Both the position numbers and the translations under genes were made by a program. A stretch of DNA of 46,691 nt, from IMG/VR virus record IMGVR_UViG_3300020202_000024, positions 1 through 46,691 of that record. The stretch is one strand, 5' to 3'. The notes under the pieces are model-generated. The model made no database searches. It was not told the DNA's origin and saw only the letters and a list, made by a program, of their open reading frames with translations. Below are positions 16,741 to 24,336 of the stretch, piece by piece. The DNA is from a virus. Each line of letters opens with the position of its first letter. The first letter of the stretch is position 1.

Positions 16741-18150
16741 ATGGCCGGACAGTTTACTAACCCGTTCCCGCAATTCTTCAATTCGACGCCGACCGTCTAT
16801 GCGTCGGGAAATCTGTATTTCTACGTCTCCGGCACCTCCACGCCGCTGGACACCTATTCGGACGAGGATCTGTCCGTCGCCAATGCCAATCCGGTCCCGC
16901 TCAACTCGGCAGGCCGCCCGGCCACGCAAATCTTCCTCCAGGACGCGGATTACAAAGTTGTCTTGAAGGACAGCGCCGGCACCACGATCTGGACCGCCGA
17001 CCCGGTACGGGCTCGTGACTCGGCGCTCGTGATCGCGACCAAGACCGGCTCCGGCTCGCCGTCCGGTGTTGTCGCGGGCACCGCTGGCTCTGCTGGCGTG
17101 CTCCCCACGATGTACTGGGACTACACCAACGAGATTCTTTACGTCTGCACGCTCACGGGCTCGGCCGCTACCGCGGAGTGGACGGCTATCAACGCCTCCG
17201 CAGCGACTCAAACATTTTCCGCGCCGCAGGGCCGGCTGACGCTCACCAGCGCCACGCCTGTTCTCGTCTCCGATGCGACATCCGCCACTGCGGTCTACTA
17301 TACGCCGTTCGTGGGCAACCTGGTGCCGATCTACAACGGCACGTCAATGGTGCCAACCACGTTCTCGGAACTCACGCTGACGCTCGCCTCTCAGCATGTG
17401 CTGAGCACGATCTATGACGTGTTCGTGTTCTCGAATTCCGGAGTGGTGACGCTGGCAACCGGCCCAGCGTGGTCTGTGTCGACGGCTGGCTCTGGCGCGC
17501 GCGGGACCGGGTCGGGCACGACGCAGTTGGCGCGCGTCGGCGGCCTTTGGACGAATGCGGTTCAGATCGCCGGGCGGAACGGGGCGACCACGTACACGAT
17601 CGGCGCGAACCTGGCGACATATCTCGGGTCGATCTTCATCGACGGGTCCGCCGGCCAAGTCACTTGCCACACGGCATTCGGGCAGAGCCGGAAATGGGGC
17701 GTGTGGAATGCCCACAATCGCGTTCCTGTCATTCTTAAGGCGGGCGATGCCACGGCCTCGTGGAGCTACAACACCGGCACCATCCGCGCAGCAAACGGCG
17801 CCGCCGCCAATAGCCTGACCATTTTCAGCGGTCTTCCGGAAGAGGTCTATCAAATCGATCGCTTCCAGACCGTGGAGAACGGCACCACTGGCAGCAACAC
17901 GGGCGAGGCGACCGCCGGCATCGGAGTCAACTCGACGACGGCCTACTCGGGGTTCGTTGGCGCTGGCCTCATTTCCGTGAGCGGCATTTCTGGCATTGTT
18001 TTCACCTCTACTCTGCACGGCCGTCATGTGGCGCTCCCGTCGATCGGTATCAACACAATCTCGGCGCTAGAGCAGGGTTCAGCGTCTGGCACTGACACAT
18101 GGCGCGGCGGTGAGGAAGATTGCCTCCTGACCGCGATGTGGCGCGCCTAA
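16741..18150 (+). CDS. Tail fibre/tailspike 2
   Basis: 469 aa from ATG 16741 (GGAG at 16727). The N-terminus F...G.LYFYVSGTSTPLDTYSDEDL...NP.PLNSAGR...IFL.DADYKVVLKD..G..IW is a common phage fibre head-binding domain. Confidence 0.7.
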   Translation: MAGQFTNPFPQFFNSTPTVYASGNLYFYVSGTSTPLDTYSDEDLSVANANPVPLNSAGRPATQIFLQDADYKVVLKDSAGTTIWTADPVRARDSALVIATKTGSGSPSGVVAGTAGSAGVLPTMYWDYTNEILYVCTLTGSAATAEWTAINASAATQTFSAPQGRLTLTSATPVLVSDATSATAVYYTPFVGNLVPIYNGTSMVPTTFSELTLTLASQHVLSTIYDVFVFSNSGVVTLATGPAWSVSTAGSGARGTGSGTTQLARVGGLWTNAVQIAGRNGATTYTIGANLATYLGSIFIDGSAGQVTCHTAFGQSRKWGVWNAHNRVPVILKAGDATASWSYNTGTIRAANGAAANSLTIFSGLPEEVYQIDRFQTVENGTTGSNTGEATAGIGVNSTTAYSGFVGAGLISVSGISGIVFTSTLHGRHVALPSIGINTISALEQGSASGTDTWRGGEEDCLLTAMWRA

Positions 18151-18173
18151 CTCCAATCATAAGGACTACGGCC

Positions 18174-18560
18174 ATGCGGCTATTCCCCGCCACCCTTTGG
18201 CTTGCGCCGATGGCGTGGCTCGGCATGTGCATCGGCGCAGCGGCGCAAGCTCACCACCACCCCACAGAGACGCTGACTGGCGACGTGGCTCGCTTCTACG
18301 AGACGTGGATGAAGCCGGACAAGCCGACTTCGTCCTGTTGCAACAAACAAGACTGCTACGCGACCGCGGCACGGTTCGAGAACGGCAGATGGACTGCCCG
18401 CCGCCGCGAGGACGGCAAGTGGCTGCCTATCCCCGAAAGCAAGATCGAGCGCAACAGAGACATGCCGGACGGCCGCGCGCATCTGTGCGCCCCGCCAGCC
18501 GGTCATCCCCACTACGGACCGGACGAAGTGTTCTGCTTCGGCGCCGGGGCAGGAGGCTGA
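18174..18560 (+). CDS. Secreted Cys/His-rich protein
   Basis: 128 aa from ATG 18174. Signal peptide MRLFPATLWLAPMAWLGMCIGAAAQA, then HHHP. Six Cys, including SSCCNKQDCY. Confidence 0.6.
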   Translation: MRLFPATLWLAPMAWLGMCIGAAAQAHHHPTETLTGDVARFYETWMKPDKPTSSCCNKQDCYATAARFENGRWTARRREDGKWLPIPESKIERNRDMPDGRAHLCAPPAGHPHYGPDEVFCFGAGAGG

Positions 18561-18562
18561 CC

Positions 18563-18766
18563 ATGTTCCAGTTCGTCCTTTTCCTTGTGCTCACGACTAC
18601 GAACCAGGGGCAGGTCCACACGCTCACCGAGCAGTCGTTCAACACCTATCAGGAATGCGCCGACTCCATCCCCGACGAGATCATTTCGCGGCAGCGGCAC
18701 ATTGCCGAGGCCGGCGCACCATTCGTCATCGGCATCGGCTGCCTGAAGACCGGCGAGAAATCATAG
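18563..18766 (+). CDS. Small protein with N-terminal hydrophobic segment
   Basis: 67 aa. AGGAGG RBS 6 nt upstream; MFQFVLFLVLTTT N-terminus. Confidence 0.6.
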   Translation: MFQFVLFLVLTTTNQGQVHTLTEQSFNTYQECADSIPDEIISRQRHIAEAGAPFVIGIGCLKTGEKS

Positions 18767-18775
18767 GAGGCCGCA

Positions 18776-18934
18776 ATGAAGGACTGGCTCAAGGCAATCC
18801 CCGGCGCGGTCTATGACCAGTCGGTGGAGGTGATCGCGCGCTATCCGCGTGCGGCGTTCTGGGTGATCGCGATCCCGCTCGGCTACTACGTTCTCAAAGG
18901 CGCGTTCATTGTCATTAAGTGGGCGGTGCTCTGA
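18776..18934 (+). CDS. Small membrane protein, holin candidate
   Basis: 52 aa (below the track cutoff). GGAGG RBS; one TM (AAFWVIAIPLGYYVLKGAFIVI). Its stop overlaps the endolysin ATG. Confidence 0.5.
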   Translation: MKDWLKAIPGAVYDQSVEVIARYPRAAFWVIAIPLGYYVLKGAFIVIKWAVL

Positions 18935-19623
18935 TGGCTGACCCTCGTTGGCTGGCCGAGGCCCGCACGTTCATCGGCACACGGGAAGCGCCTGGCCGCA
19001 AGCACGAGTCGAAGATCCTCCACTGGTGGAAGCTCATCCGCGCCCCGTTCACGGATGACGAAACGCCGTGGTGCGCCGGCTTCGTCGGCGGCATGCTGGA
19101 GATGGTCGGCATCAAGTCGTCCCGGTCAGCCGCAGCTCGCTCCTATCTCAAATGGGGCGCGAAGATCGATCGTCCAGTGCTCGGGTGCATCGTCGTATTT
19201 GAGCGCGGCCCGCGCAACGGGCATGTCGGTTTCTATGTCGGCAAGGACAGCCGCGGGAATCTCCGCATCCTGGGCGGCAACCAGGGTGATGCGGTCAATA
19301 TTAAGTCGTTCGATCCTGCACGGGTGCTTGGGTATCGGTGGCCCGTTGGAGAGCCCTTTCCCGTCGGGAAGCCTGTCCCGGTTGAGGACACGGACGAGCC
19401 TGTTTCGCGTCGCGAGTCGTTCGCCGATCTTCCTCCTGACGCTGAAGAGGTAGATGACGCCACGCCGTCCACACTGGTCGGGCAGATCAAGCAGTGGATG
19501 AACGGCATCGGTACGACGGCTGCGGCCATCTTCTCCAGCATGTTCGACTGGCGTATCGCCGCGCTGGTGGTCGCGGCCGGCCTGATCGTGTTCCTCGTCA
19601 TTTGGTTCTCAAAGAGGCGCTGA
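18934..19623 (+). CDS. Endolysin, CHAP/NlpC-P60-like (TIGR02594-type), with C-terminal TM anchor
   Basis: 229 aa. G..E..G...N..I..W...PWCAGFVG...ARSYLKWG...P..GCIVVF.R....GHVGFYVG......LGGNQGD.V. The C-terminus is IAALVVAAGLIVFLVIWF. Confidence 0.7.
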   Translation: MADPRWLAEARTFIGTREAPGRKHESKILHWWKLIRAPFTDDETPWCAGFVGGMLEMVGIKSSRSAAARSYLKWGAKIDRPVLGCIVVFERGPRNGHVGFYVGKDSRGNLRILGGNQGDAVNIKSFDPARVLGYRWPVGEPFPVGKPVPVEDTDEPVSRRESFADLPPDAEEVDDATPSTLVGQIKQWMNGIGTTAAAIFSSMFDWRIAALVVAAGLIVFLVIWFSKRR

Positions 19624-19994
19624 TGGACATCCTGTTCACCGGCATCGCTTGGGCCAAATGGCTGGCGGCTTGGGTTGCGTGGCTCGGTATCGGCCTTGTG
19701 CCGCTTGCCGTCGCCGCTGCGGTCATGTGGGCATTCCCTCCACTTCGGAAGTGGGCACTTCTGGCCGGCATCGGCTGGGGGCTCTGGTTCTTTGGCTACA
19801 CACTCGGAGACACCAATGGGGCTGCACGGATCACCAAAGAGTGGAGGGCAGCCGAGCAGCGCGCCATCCAGCGAGGGGCGGATGCCCGCGAACGGGCCGA
19901 GCGTGAGATCGAGCGCGAAGATAGCGGCGGTAGCAATGGCGTGCCTCGTGCTGGCAGGGTGCCAAACGACATCTACGACCGTGACAACCCGTGA
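19623..19994 (+). CDS. i-spanin candidate (could alternatively be a holin)
   Basis: 123 aa. N-terminal hydrophobic helices, then a charged coiled region (KEWRAAEQRAIQRGADARERAEREIERE). Its 3' end overlaps the lipoprotein gene. Confidence 0.55.
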   Translation: MDILFTGIAWAKWLAAWVAWLGIGLVPLAVAAAVMWAFPPLRKWALLAGIGWGLWFFGYTLGDTNGAARITKEWRAAEQRAIQRGADARERAEREIEREDSGGSNGVPRAGRVPNDIYDRDNP

Positions 19995-20112
19995 GGCCCA
20001 GTGCAAACCGTGGCGGGCGATCACCTATTCGTCGTCCAAGGACACCAAGCAAACCGTTCAGCAGATCCGCGTGCATAACCGCACCGGCCAGCACTTGAAG
20101 TGCTGGAGGTGA
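19882..20112 (+). CDS. o-spanin (outer-membrane lipoprotein), overlapping the i-spanin
   Basis: Lipobox LVLAGC preceded by RSSAKIAAVAMA. The mature ~50-aa peptide has extra Cys residues. Starts inside and ends beyond the i-spanin gene in the +1 frame. Alternative start at 19936. Confidence 0.65.
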   Translation: MPANGPSVRSSAKIAAVAMACLVLAGCQTTSTTVTTREAQCKPWRAITYSSSKDTKQTVQQIRVHNRTGQHLKCWR

Positions 20113-20114
20113 GG

Positions 20115-20375
20115 ATGAGCCACGAAGAGATGCGCGAGGTGGCAGAAGCCGCCGCCGATGCCGCGGTTGCCCGTGCCTTCATGCTTCTCGGCTTCGACGC
20201 TTCGGATGCCAAGGAAGTCCGGGAAATGCAGGCCGATTTCCTGCATCTCCGCAATTGGCGCAAGAGCACCGAGGCGGTCAAGCGTAAGGCGCTATTGACA
20301 GCCGTTGGCGTCATAGTGACCGGCGCAATTGGGTATCTGCTCGTAGCGTTCAAGTGGCCGACCGGAGGCCACTAA
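20115..20375 (+). CDS. Small protein with C-terminal TM helix
   Basis: 86 aa; GGAGGTGAGG RBS; LLTAVGVIVTGAIGYLLVAF near the C-terminus. Confidence 0.6.
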   Translation: MSHEEMREVAEAAADAAVARAFMLLGFDASDAKEVREMQADFLHLRNWRKSTEAVKRKALLTAVGVIVTGAIGYLLVAFKWPTGGH

Positions 20376-21593
20376 GTGGCGCAAGCCCCGCTCTCCGACG
20401 AGCTTGCCCAGGAGGCGCTCGACGCCTTCCGCGAGCACGGCGCTAAGGACATAGCGGCCCGCGCGCTCAACCTCCCGCCCAAGACCTTCCGCCATCGGCT
20501 GAAGATTGCCGAGGAAAGGGGGATGCACCTGTCCATCCGCGCCCGGACGGAGGTCCACGACGCGGCTGGCAATCTCCAGCGCACATACACCCAGCTCAAG
20601 CAAGAGCCCGGCGACCGCTTCGAGCCCCCGGAGGGGTTCGCGGTCCAGCGGATCGCCACCTACACCGGCCCTGACGGCCGGATCGTCGGACAGTGGCAGA
20701 CCGCCACCCGCGACGCGGAAGACACCCTGGCGGCCCTGCGGACGGTCGTAGACGAGCTAAAGCAGGATCTGCCGCGCGTCGCCCCCACGAAGGGGCCAGA
20801 GCACACCAACGCCCTGCTGCTCAACCAATACACCATCACTGACCTCCATATGGGCATGCTGGCCTGGGGGGAGGAGACCCGCGGCGACCCCTACGATTTG
20901 CAGATTGCCGAACGGCTTCTGACGGACTGGTTCTCTGCGGCCATCGCCATGGCGCCGGATGCCAAGGTCGGGCTGCTCGCACAGCTCGGCGACCTCCTGC
21001 ACCACGACTCCCACGAAAGCGTCACGCCGGCCCACCGGAATGTCCTGGACGCCGACAGCCGTCTCCAGAAGGTGATCCGCGTGGTGATCCGGGTGTGGCG
21101 CCGCATCGTCGCCATGCTGCTCGAGAAGCACGAACGAGTGCATCTAATTATGGAGGCGGGCAACCACGATCCCGCCTCAAGCGCCTGGCTCCGCGAATTG
21201 CTGTTCGCCATCTACGAGGACGAGCCCCGGGTGACGGTGGACAACAGTCCCAGCCTCTATCACGCCTACGAATGGGGCAAGACGGCGCTGTTCTATCACC
21301 ACGGCGACAAGCGGAAGGTGAAGAACGTCGATCATGTCTTTGCCGGCATGTTCCGCGAGATATTCGGCCGAGCCTCGTACAGCTATGGGCACGTTGGGCA
21401 CCTCCACAGCGATGAAGTGGTCGAGACGAACCTGATGCGCGTGGAGCGGCACCGGACCCTTGCGCCTGCCGATGCCTATGCTGCCGGCGGCGGCTGGCTG
21501 TCGAAGCGCGACGCCAAGGTCATTACGTACTCGCAGCAATTCGGCGAGGTCTCCCGCATAACCCTGTCACCAGCGATGGTCAGCACACAATGA
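20376..21593 (+). CDS. HTH-like N-terminal domain fused to a calcineurin-type metallophosphoesterase
   Basis: 405 aa. Ordered MPP motifs: ITDLHMG, LGDLLHHD, AGNHD, YHHGD, GHVGHLH. The N-terminal LNLPPKTFRHRLKIAEERG resembles an HTH. Confidence 0.7.
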   Translation: MAQAPLSDELAQEALDAFREHGAKDIAARALNLPPKTFRHRLKIAEERGMHLSIRARTEVHDAAGNLQRTYTQLKQEPGDRFEPPEGFAVQRIATYTGPDGRIVGQWQTATRDAEDTLAALRTVVDELKQDLPRVAPTKGPEHTNALLLNQYTITDLHMGMLAWGEETRGDPYDLQIAERLLTDWFSAAIAMAPDAKVGLLAQLGDLLHHDSHESVTPAHRNVLDADSRLQKVIRVVIRVWRRIVAMLLEKHERVHLIMEAGNHDPASSAWLRELLFAIYEDEPRVTVDNSPSLYHAYEWGKTALFYHHGDKRKVKNVDHVFAGMFREIFGRASYSYGHVGHLHSDEVVETNLMRVERHRTLAPADAYAAGGGWLSKRDAKVITYSQQFGEVSRITLSPAMVSTQ

Positions 21594-22069
21594 CGACATG
21601 CGCGTATAAGGACGGCATACTTGCAACGGACTCGTGCTGGACTTTCGGAGATACGCAAACCACATCACTTATTAAGGTGCGGCGGCTCGCCAGTGGCGCG
21701 CTTCTCGGTGGAGCGGGGGACAATGACGATCGGTCGGTCGTCACCCTGCTCGACAAGGTGAAAACGTTTGAGAAGTTGCCCAGCAAGGCTGACCTAGCCG
21801 CTACTCGTTGTTGCTTTGTGGGGCTGCTCGTTCTTCCCCGTGGAAAGGTCGTGATGATCGATATCGAGCCCATTGAAGGCTATACTCATTTCGATGCACA
21901 GGTTTGGGAAGCAAACCGGGGAATTGCTGCGATTGGAAGCGGATCGCGCTATGCGCTCGGCGCCATGGCGGCAGGCAAGAGCGCCAAGGATGCTGTCGCG
22001 ATCGCCTGCCGCTTCGACATCAATTCGCGTCCGCCAGTCCACACGATGGCCCTTCAGCCCAAGCGATGA
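21590..22069 (+). CDS. Stand-alone HslV/proteasome-beta-type Ntn-hydrolase peptidase
   Basis: 159 aa. The MTT N-terminus would expose a Thr nucleophile. IKVRRL, GGAGD and GSGSRYALGAMAAG parallel the HslV motifs. ATGA overlap with the upstream gene. Confidence 0.65.
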   Translation: MTTCAYKDGILATDSCWTFGDTQTTSLIKVRRLASGALLGGAGDNDDRSVVTLLDKVKTFEKLPSKADLAATRCCFVGLLVLPRGKVVMIDIEPIEGYTHFDAQVWEANRGIAAIGSGSRYALGAMAAGKSAKDAVAIACRFDINSRPPVHTMALQPKR

Positions 22070-22299
22070 ACCAAGAACGAATCTTCCGCTACGTGCCGGT
22101 GTCGAAGGCGATGGACCATTGCCTTATGGGCTGGATGCCAACCAATGCCTTTGAAGACTGCCGCCACGGCGAATTCTCGGTCCTCATGGAGTACCGCTGC
22201 GTATGTCGGGACACGTCCTCGTCAAGCTTCGGTCGATCGTCTACAACGACCGCTTTGAACTCGCCATTACCGACAGAAGCACTGGCGAATGCCGGGTGA
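22066..22299 (+). CDS. Small hypothetical protein
   Basis: 77 aa; ATGA overlap. The N-terminal 46 aa look genuine (RYVP...GW......HGEFSVLMEYRCVC). The tail after ~22203 has poor third-position GC and overlaps the next gene. Confidence 0.45.
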   Translation: MNQERIFRYVPVSKAMDHCLMGWMPTNAFEDCRHGEFSVLMEYRCVCRDTSSSSFGRSSTTTALNSPLPTEALANAG

Positions 22300-22472
22300 T
22301 CCCGCTGGATGACGACCAGCTCGCGGTCCTCGGGTGGGAGTTCGCGGACGCCCTGATGCAGCGGCACGCCTACCAGAAGCGGCTATCGCGCCAGCCAGTC
22401 CCGAAAAGCCGGATGCTCGACTACGGGCCGGATCAGCAGCAGCCAGCCGAGCACCAGCAGGCCGCCGAATAG
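22203..22472 (+). CDS. Small hypothetical protein
   Basis: 89 aa with high third-position GC. Last plus-strand gene before the strand switch. Confidence 0.55.
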   Translation: MSGHVLVKLRSIVYNDRFELAITDRSTGECRVIPLDDDQLAVLGWEFADALMQRHAYQKRLSRQPVPKSRMLDYGPDQQQPAEHQQAAE

Positions 22473-22500
22473 TGTGAGCCGCAGCGGCCTATTCAGGTGC

Positions 22501-22740
22501 CTATGTCGCATTCCTAAGTTCCGGCGTGAGCTGTACGGCGAGCCACACAGCGGCATGCGCCGACCCTATTGCCTCATCCCCAGCCGCCGCATTCTTCACC
22601 ACATCGGCCGCGTTGGTCCAGGCGTCTCGTGCCCGGATGTCCTTCGGTAATTCCCGCATCAGCTTCCTGGCGTCGTCCAGTGTCCTGATTTCCACATCCT
22701 GCACCATGACAGGCTTCGGGAACGGGGTACTCCACGGCAT
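22501..22740 (-). CDS. Hypothetical protein
   Basis: 79 aa; last gene of the minus-strand accessory block. Confidence 0.55.
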   Translation of the reverse strand: MPWSTPFPKPVMVQDVEIRTLDDARKLMRELPKDIRARDAWTNAADVVKNAAAGDEAIGSAHAAVWLAVQLTPELRNAT

Positions 22741-22765
22741 GACGCTACTCCACTGAAACGGCGAT

Positions 22766-23143
22766 TCAACGCCCGCCGTCCGTGCCTGTTCCCCGCCTGT
22801 CGATTACGCGCATTTTCTCTGATAAAATCAGCACCTTCTTGGGCGCCTTCCTGTGCTCGGCCTCGAGCAATGCCCGCGCGCCGTCCAGACCAGCGGCACG
22901 GCCAAGGATCTCGACCGGCTTCCCCCTCGTCACATCAGCCGCGCTCCATTCCGCGATCTCATATCGCAAGTCCTCCGGCGTCATCTCCGGCCGCAGCCGA
23001 ACGTCGTCAACGCTCGGCGGCTCGCTCAGGCTCACCCGCATGGATAGCCGGAACACCTCACCCAGCATCCCGCCAGGCGTGCTGCGCAGCCATTGAACGG
23101 CGGCTTCCTTGAGGCGGGCGAGGGGGTGGGTGGGTTCCGTCAT
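22766..23143 (-). CDS. Hypothetical protein
   Basis: 125 aa with good codon bias. Confidence 0.6.
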   Translation of the reverse strand: MTEPTHPLARLKEAAVQWLRSTPGGMLGEVFRLSMRVSLSEPPSVDDVRLRPEMTPEDLRYEIAEWSAADVTRGKPVEILGRAAGLDGARALLEAEHRKAPKKVLILSEKMRVIDRRGTGTDGGR

Positions 23144-23150
23144 TTCCCGA

Positions 23151-23159
23151 TGCTACACT
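23151..23159 (+). promoter_or_regulatory. Putative extended -10 element for the 23166 gene (leaderless)
   Basis: TGcTACACT followed by 6 nt and then the ATG. No convincing -35. Confidence 0.3.
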
Positions 23160-23165
23160 GCGCCC

Positions 23166-23348
23166 ATGGCCAAGAAAACCGCCGGCAAGCCCGTGATGTG
23201 GAACGTCTATGTGATGCGGGCGAAGCGCGTGCAAATCGGCGTGGTGCATGCCGCGACCGAGGAGGAGGCGCTGCAGCTCGCCTATGAGCAGCATAAGGTT
23301 CCGCCTCAGAGCCGGTTCAAGGTGAGCGTGGAGCGCTACCGTTCATAG
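23166..23348 (+). CDS. Small basic protein, counter-oriented inside the minus-strand block
   Basis: 60 aa: MAKKTAGKPVMWNVYVMRAKRVQIGVVHAATEEEALQLAYEQHKV. Only 22 bp from the divergent gene. Confidence 0.5.
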   Translation: MAKKTAGKPVMWNVYVMRAKRVQIGVVHAATEEEALQLAYEQHKVPPQSRFKVSVERYRS

Positions 23349-23352
23349 CGCA

Positions 23353-23541
23353 TCACTGGCGCTCGACCATTGGCCCGCATTCTGGCCAGTGGTAGCGGAC
23401 CTGGCCGTACCGGACATGCGACTGGCCCATGGTGATTTGCTGGCGACAGTCGCCGCAGACCATCGGCGGCTCATTCTTCATCTCGGCGTCAACCCATTCG
23501 TCCAGGACTTTCTTGACGTCGAATAGCGGGTCATCGATCAT
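23353..23541 (-). CDS. Small Cys-containing protein
   Basis: 62 aa; CGDC...C pattern. Confidence 0.55.
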   Translation of the reverse strand: MIDDPLFDVKKVLDEWVDAEMKNEPPMVCGDCRQQITMGQSHVRYGQVRYHWPECGPMVERQ

Positions 23542-23562
23542 CGGCGGCTCCTCCGTCAGTGA

Positions 23563-23820
23563 TTAGGCAGCACCGCGTTCGGTGGCCTTCCGCCAAAGCC
23601 GCAGCGAATTGCCGTAGGCTATCCAGTGCAAGCCGCATCCCCTGCAATGATCCGGCCTACCGTGCTCTGGCGGGCTGGCGTCTGCCTTGCAGCTCGGACA
23701 CACGAAAACCTGACGTTCGACTTGGCGCCCCCCCGGGACAAGCGCTGACGGCAAGCCCTCTCGTTGGGTGAGAAAGGCAGAAAGAAGATGGTGCTCGGCA
23801 TCGTTCGGAACGATGGTCAT
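23563..23820 (-). CDS. Zinc-ribbon protein
   Basis: 85 aa from ATG 23820; CPSC...CRGC pairs. Confidence 0.55.
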   Translation of the reverse strand: MTIVPNDAEHHLLSAFLTQREGLPSALVPGGRQVERQVFVCPSCKADASPPEHGRPDHCRGCGLHWIAYGNSLRLWRKATERGAA

Positions 23821-23961
23821 GACCTCTCCGTCATTGATCTCTTGTTTGTGACGCCTGTCGGGGTGGCCGCAGGTACTAAGCAAGCCCGCCAGGGCCTACC
23901 ATTCGCCGCAACCACCCCCAAGCCTGACGCTCCGGGTTTCGCTGGCGCTCCACCTTAGAGC

Positions 23962-24192
23962 TCATAGCCGCCGCTCGGCACACGGTGCTCTCACGTCAGG
24001 CGGTAACATCTTGTCACCAGGACCGGGTATGCACAGCGAGCCAAAGCGCTTGCCTATTGCCTCGGCCGCCTGCGTGCACTGCTCTTTCGAGGAATAACCA
24101 GGGATCGTAGCGAGCGCCTTGCCGGCATCGCCGCTGCCGCCGGCCAGAAGATAAAGTACAAGAACCCATGTCATGCTTATTCTCCGTGTCAT
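23962..24192 (-). CDS. Small secreted/membrane-anchored protein
   Basis: 76 aa; hydrophobic N-terminus MTWVLVLYLLAGGSG; three Cys. Confidence 0.55.
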   Translation of the reverse strand: MTRRISMTWVLVLYLLAGGSGDAGKALATIPGYSSKEQCTQAAEAIGKRFGSLCIPGPGDKMLPPDVRAPCAERRL

Positions 24193-24282
24193 CTAGAAAA
24201 CGAGGCGTGCCAGCAAGCCCACGCCGTTCCAAAACGCGATCGTCAGAGACGACACGACGAAACATACGATGATCGTCTCCAT
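24193..24282 (-). CDS. 29-aa hydrophobic peptide (tentative)
   Basis: METIIVCFVVSSLTIAFWNGVGLLARLVF. Its stop abuts the next start codon. Below the track cutoff. Confidence 0.3.
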   Translation of the reverse strand: METIIVCFVVSSLTIAFWNGVGLLARLVF

Positions 24283-24336
24283 GGGAGAAGTGTTGGGCCT
24301 CGGAGGTGGATAGCTAATGTGGCTCATTCTCGGTCC

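Noticed and set aside
5613-18150. Searched the two fibre genes and their surroundings for a diversity-generating retroelement (VR/TR repeat pair plus reverse transcriptase)
   Set aside because: No reverse-transcriptase-like ORF (no YxDD motif context) exists anywhere in the genome. I saw no ~100-bp near-repeat of either fibre 3' end.
22455-22500. AGGCCGC...GCGGCCT hairpin between the convergent genes at the strand switch, considered as a bidirectional terminator
   Set aside because: It has a 7-bp stem with an 18-nt loop and no U-tract on either strand. That is too weak to call.
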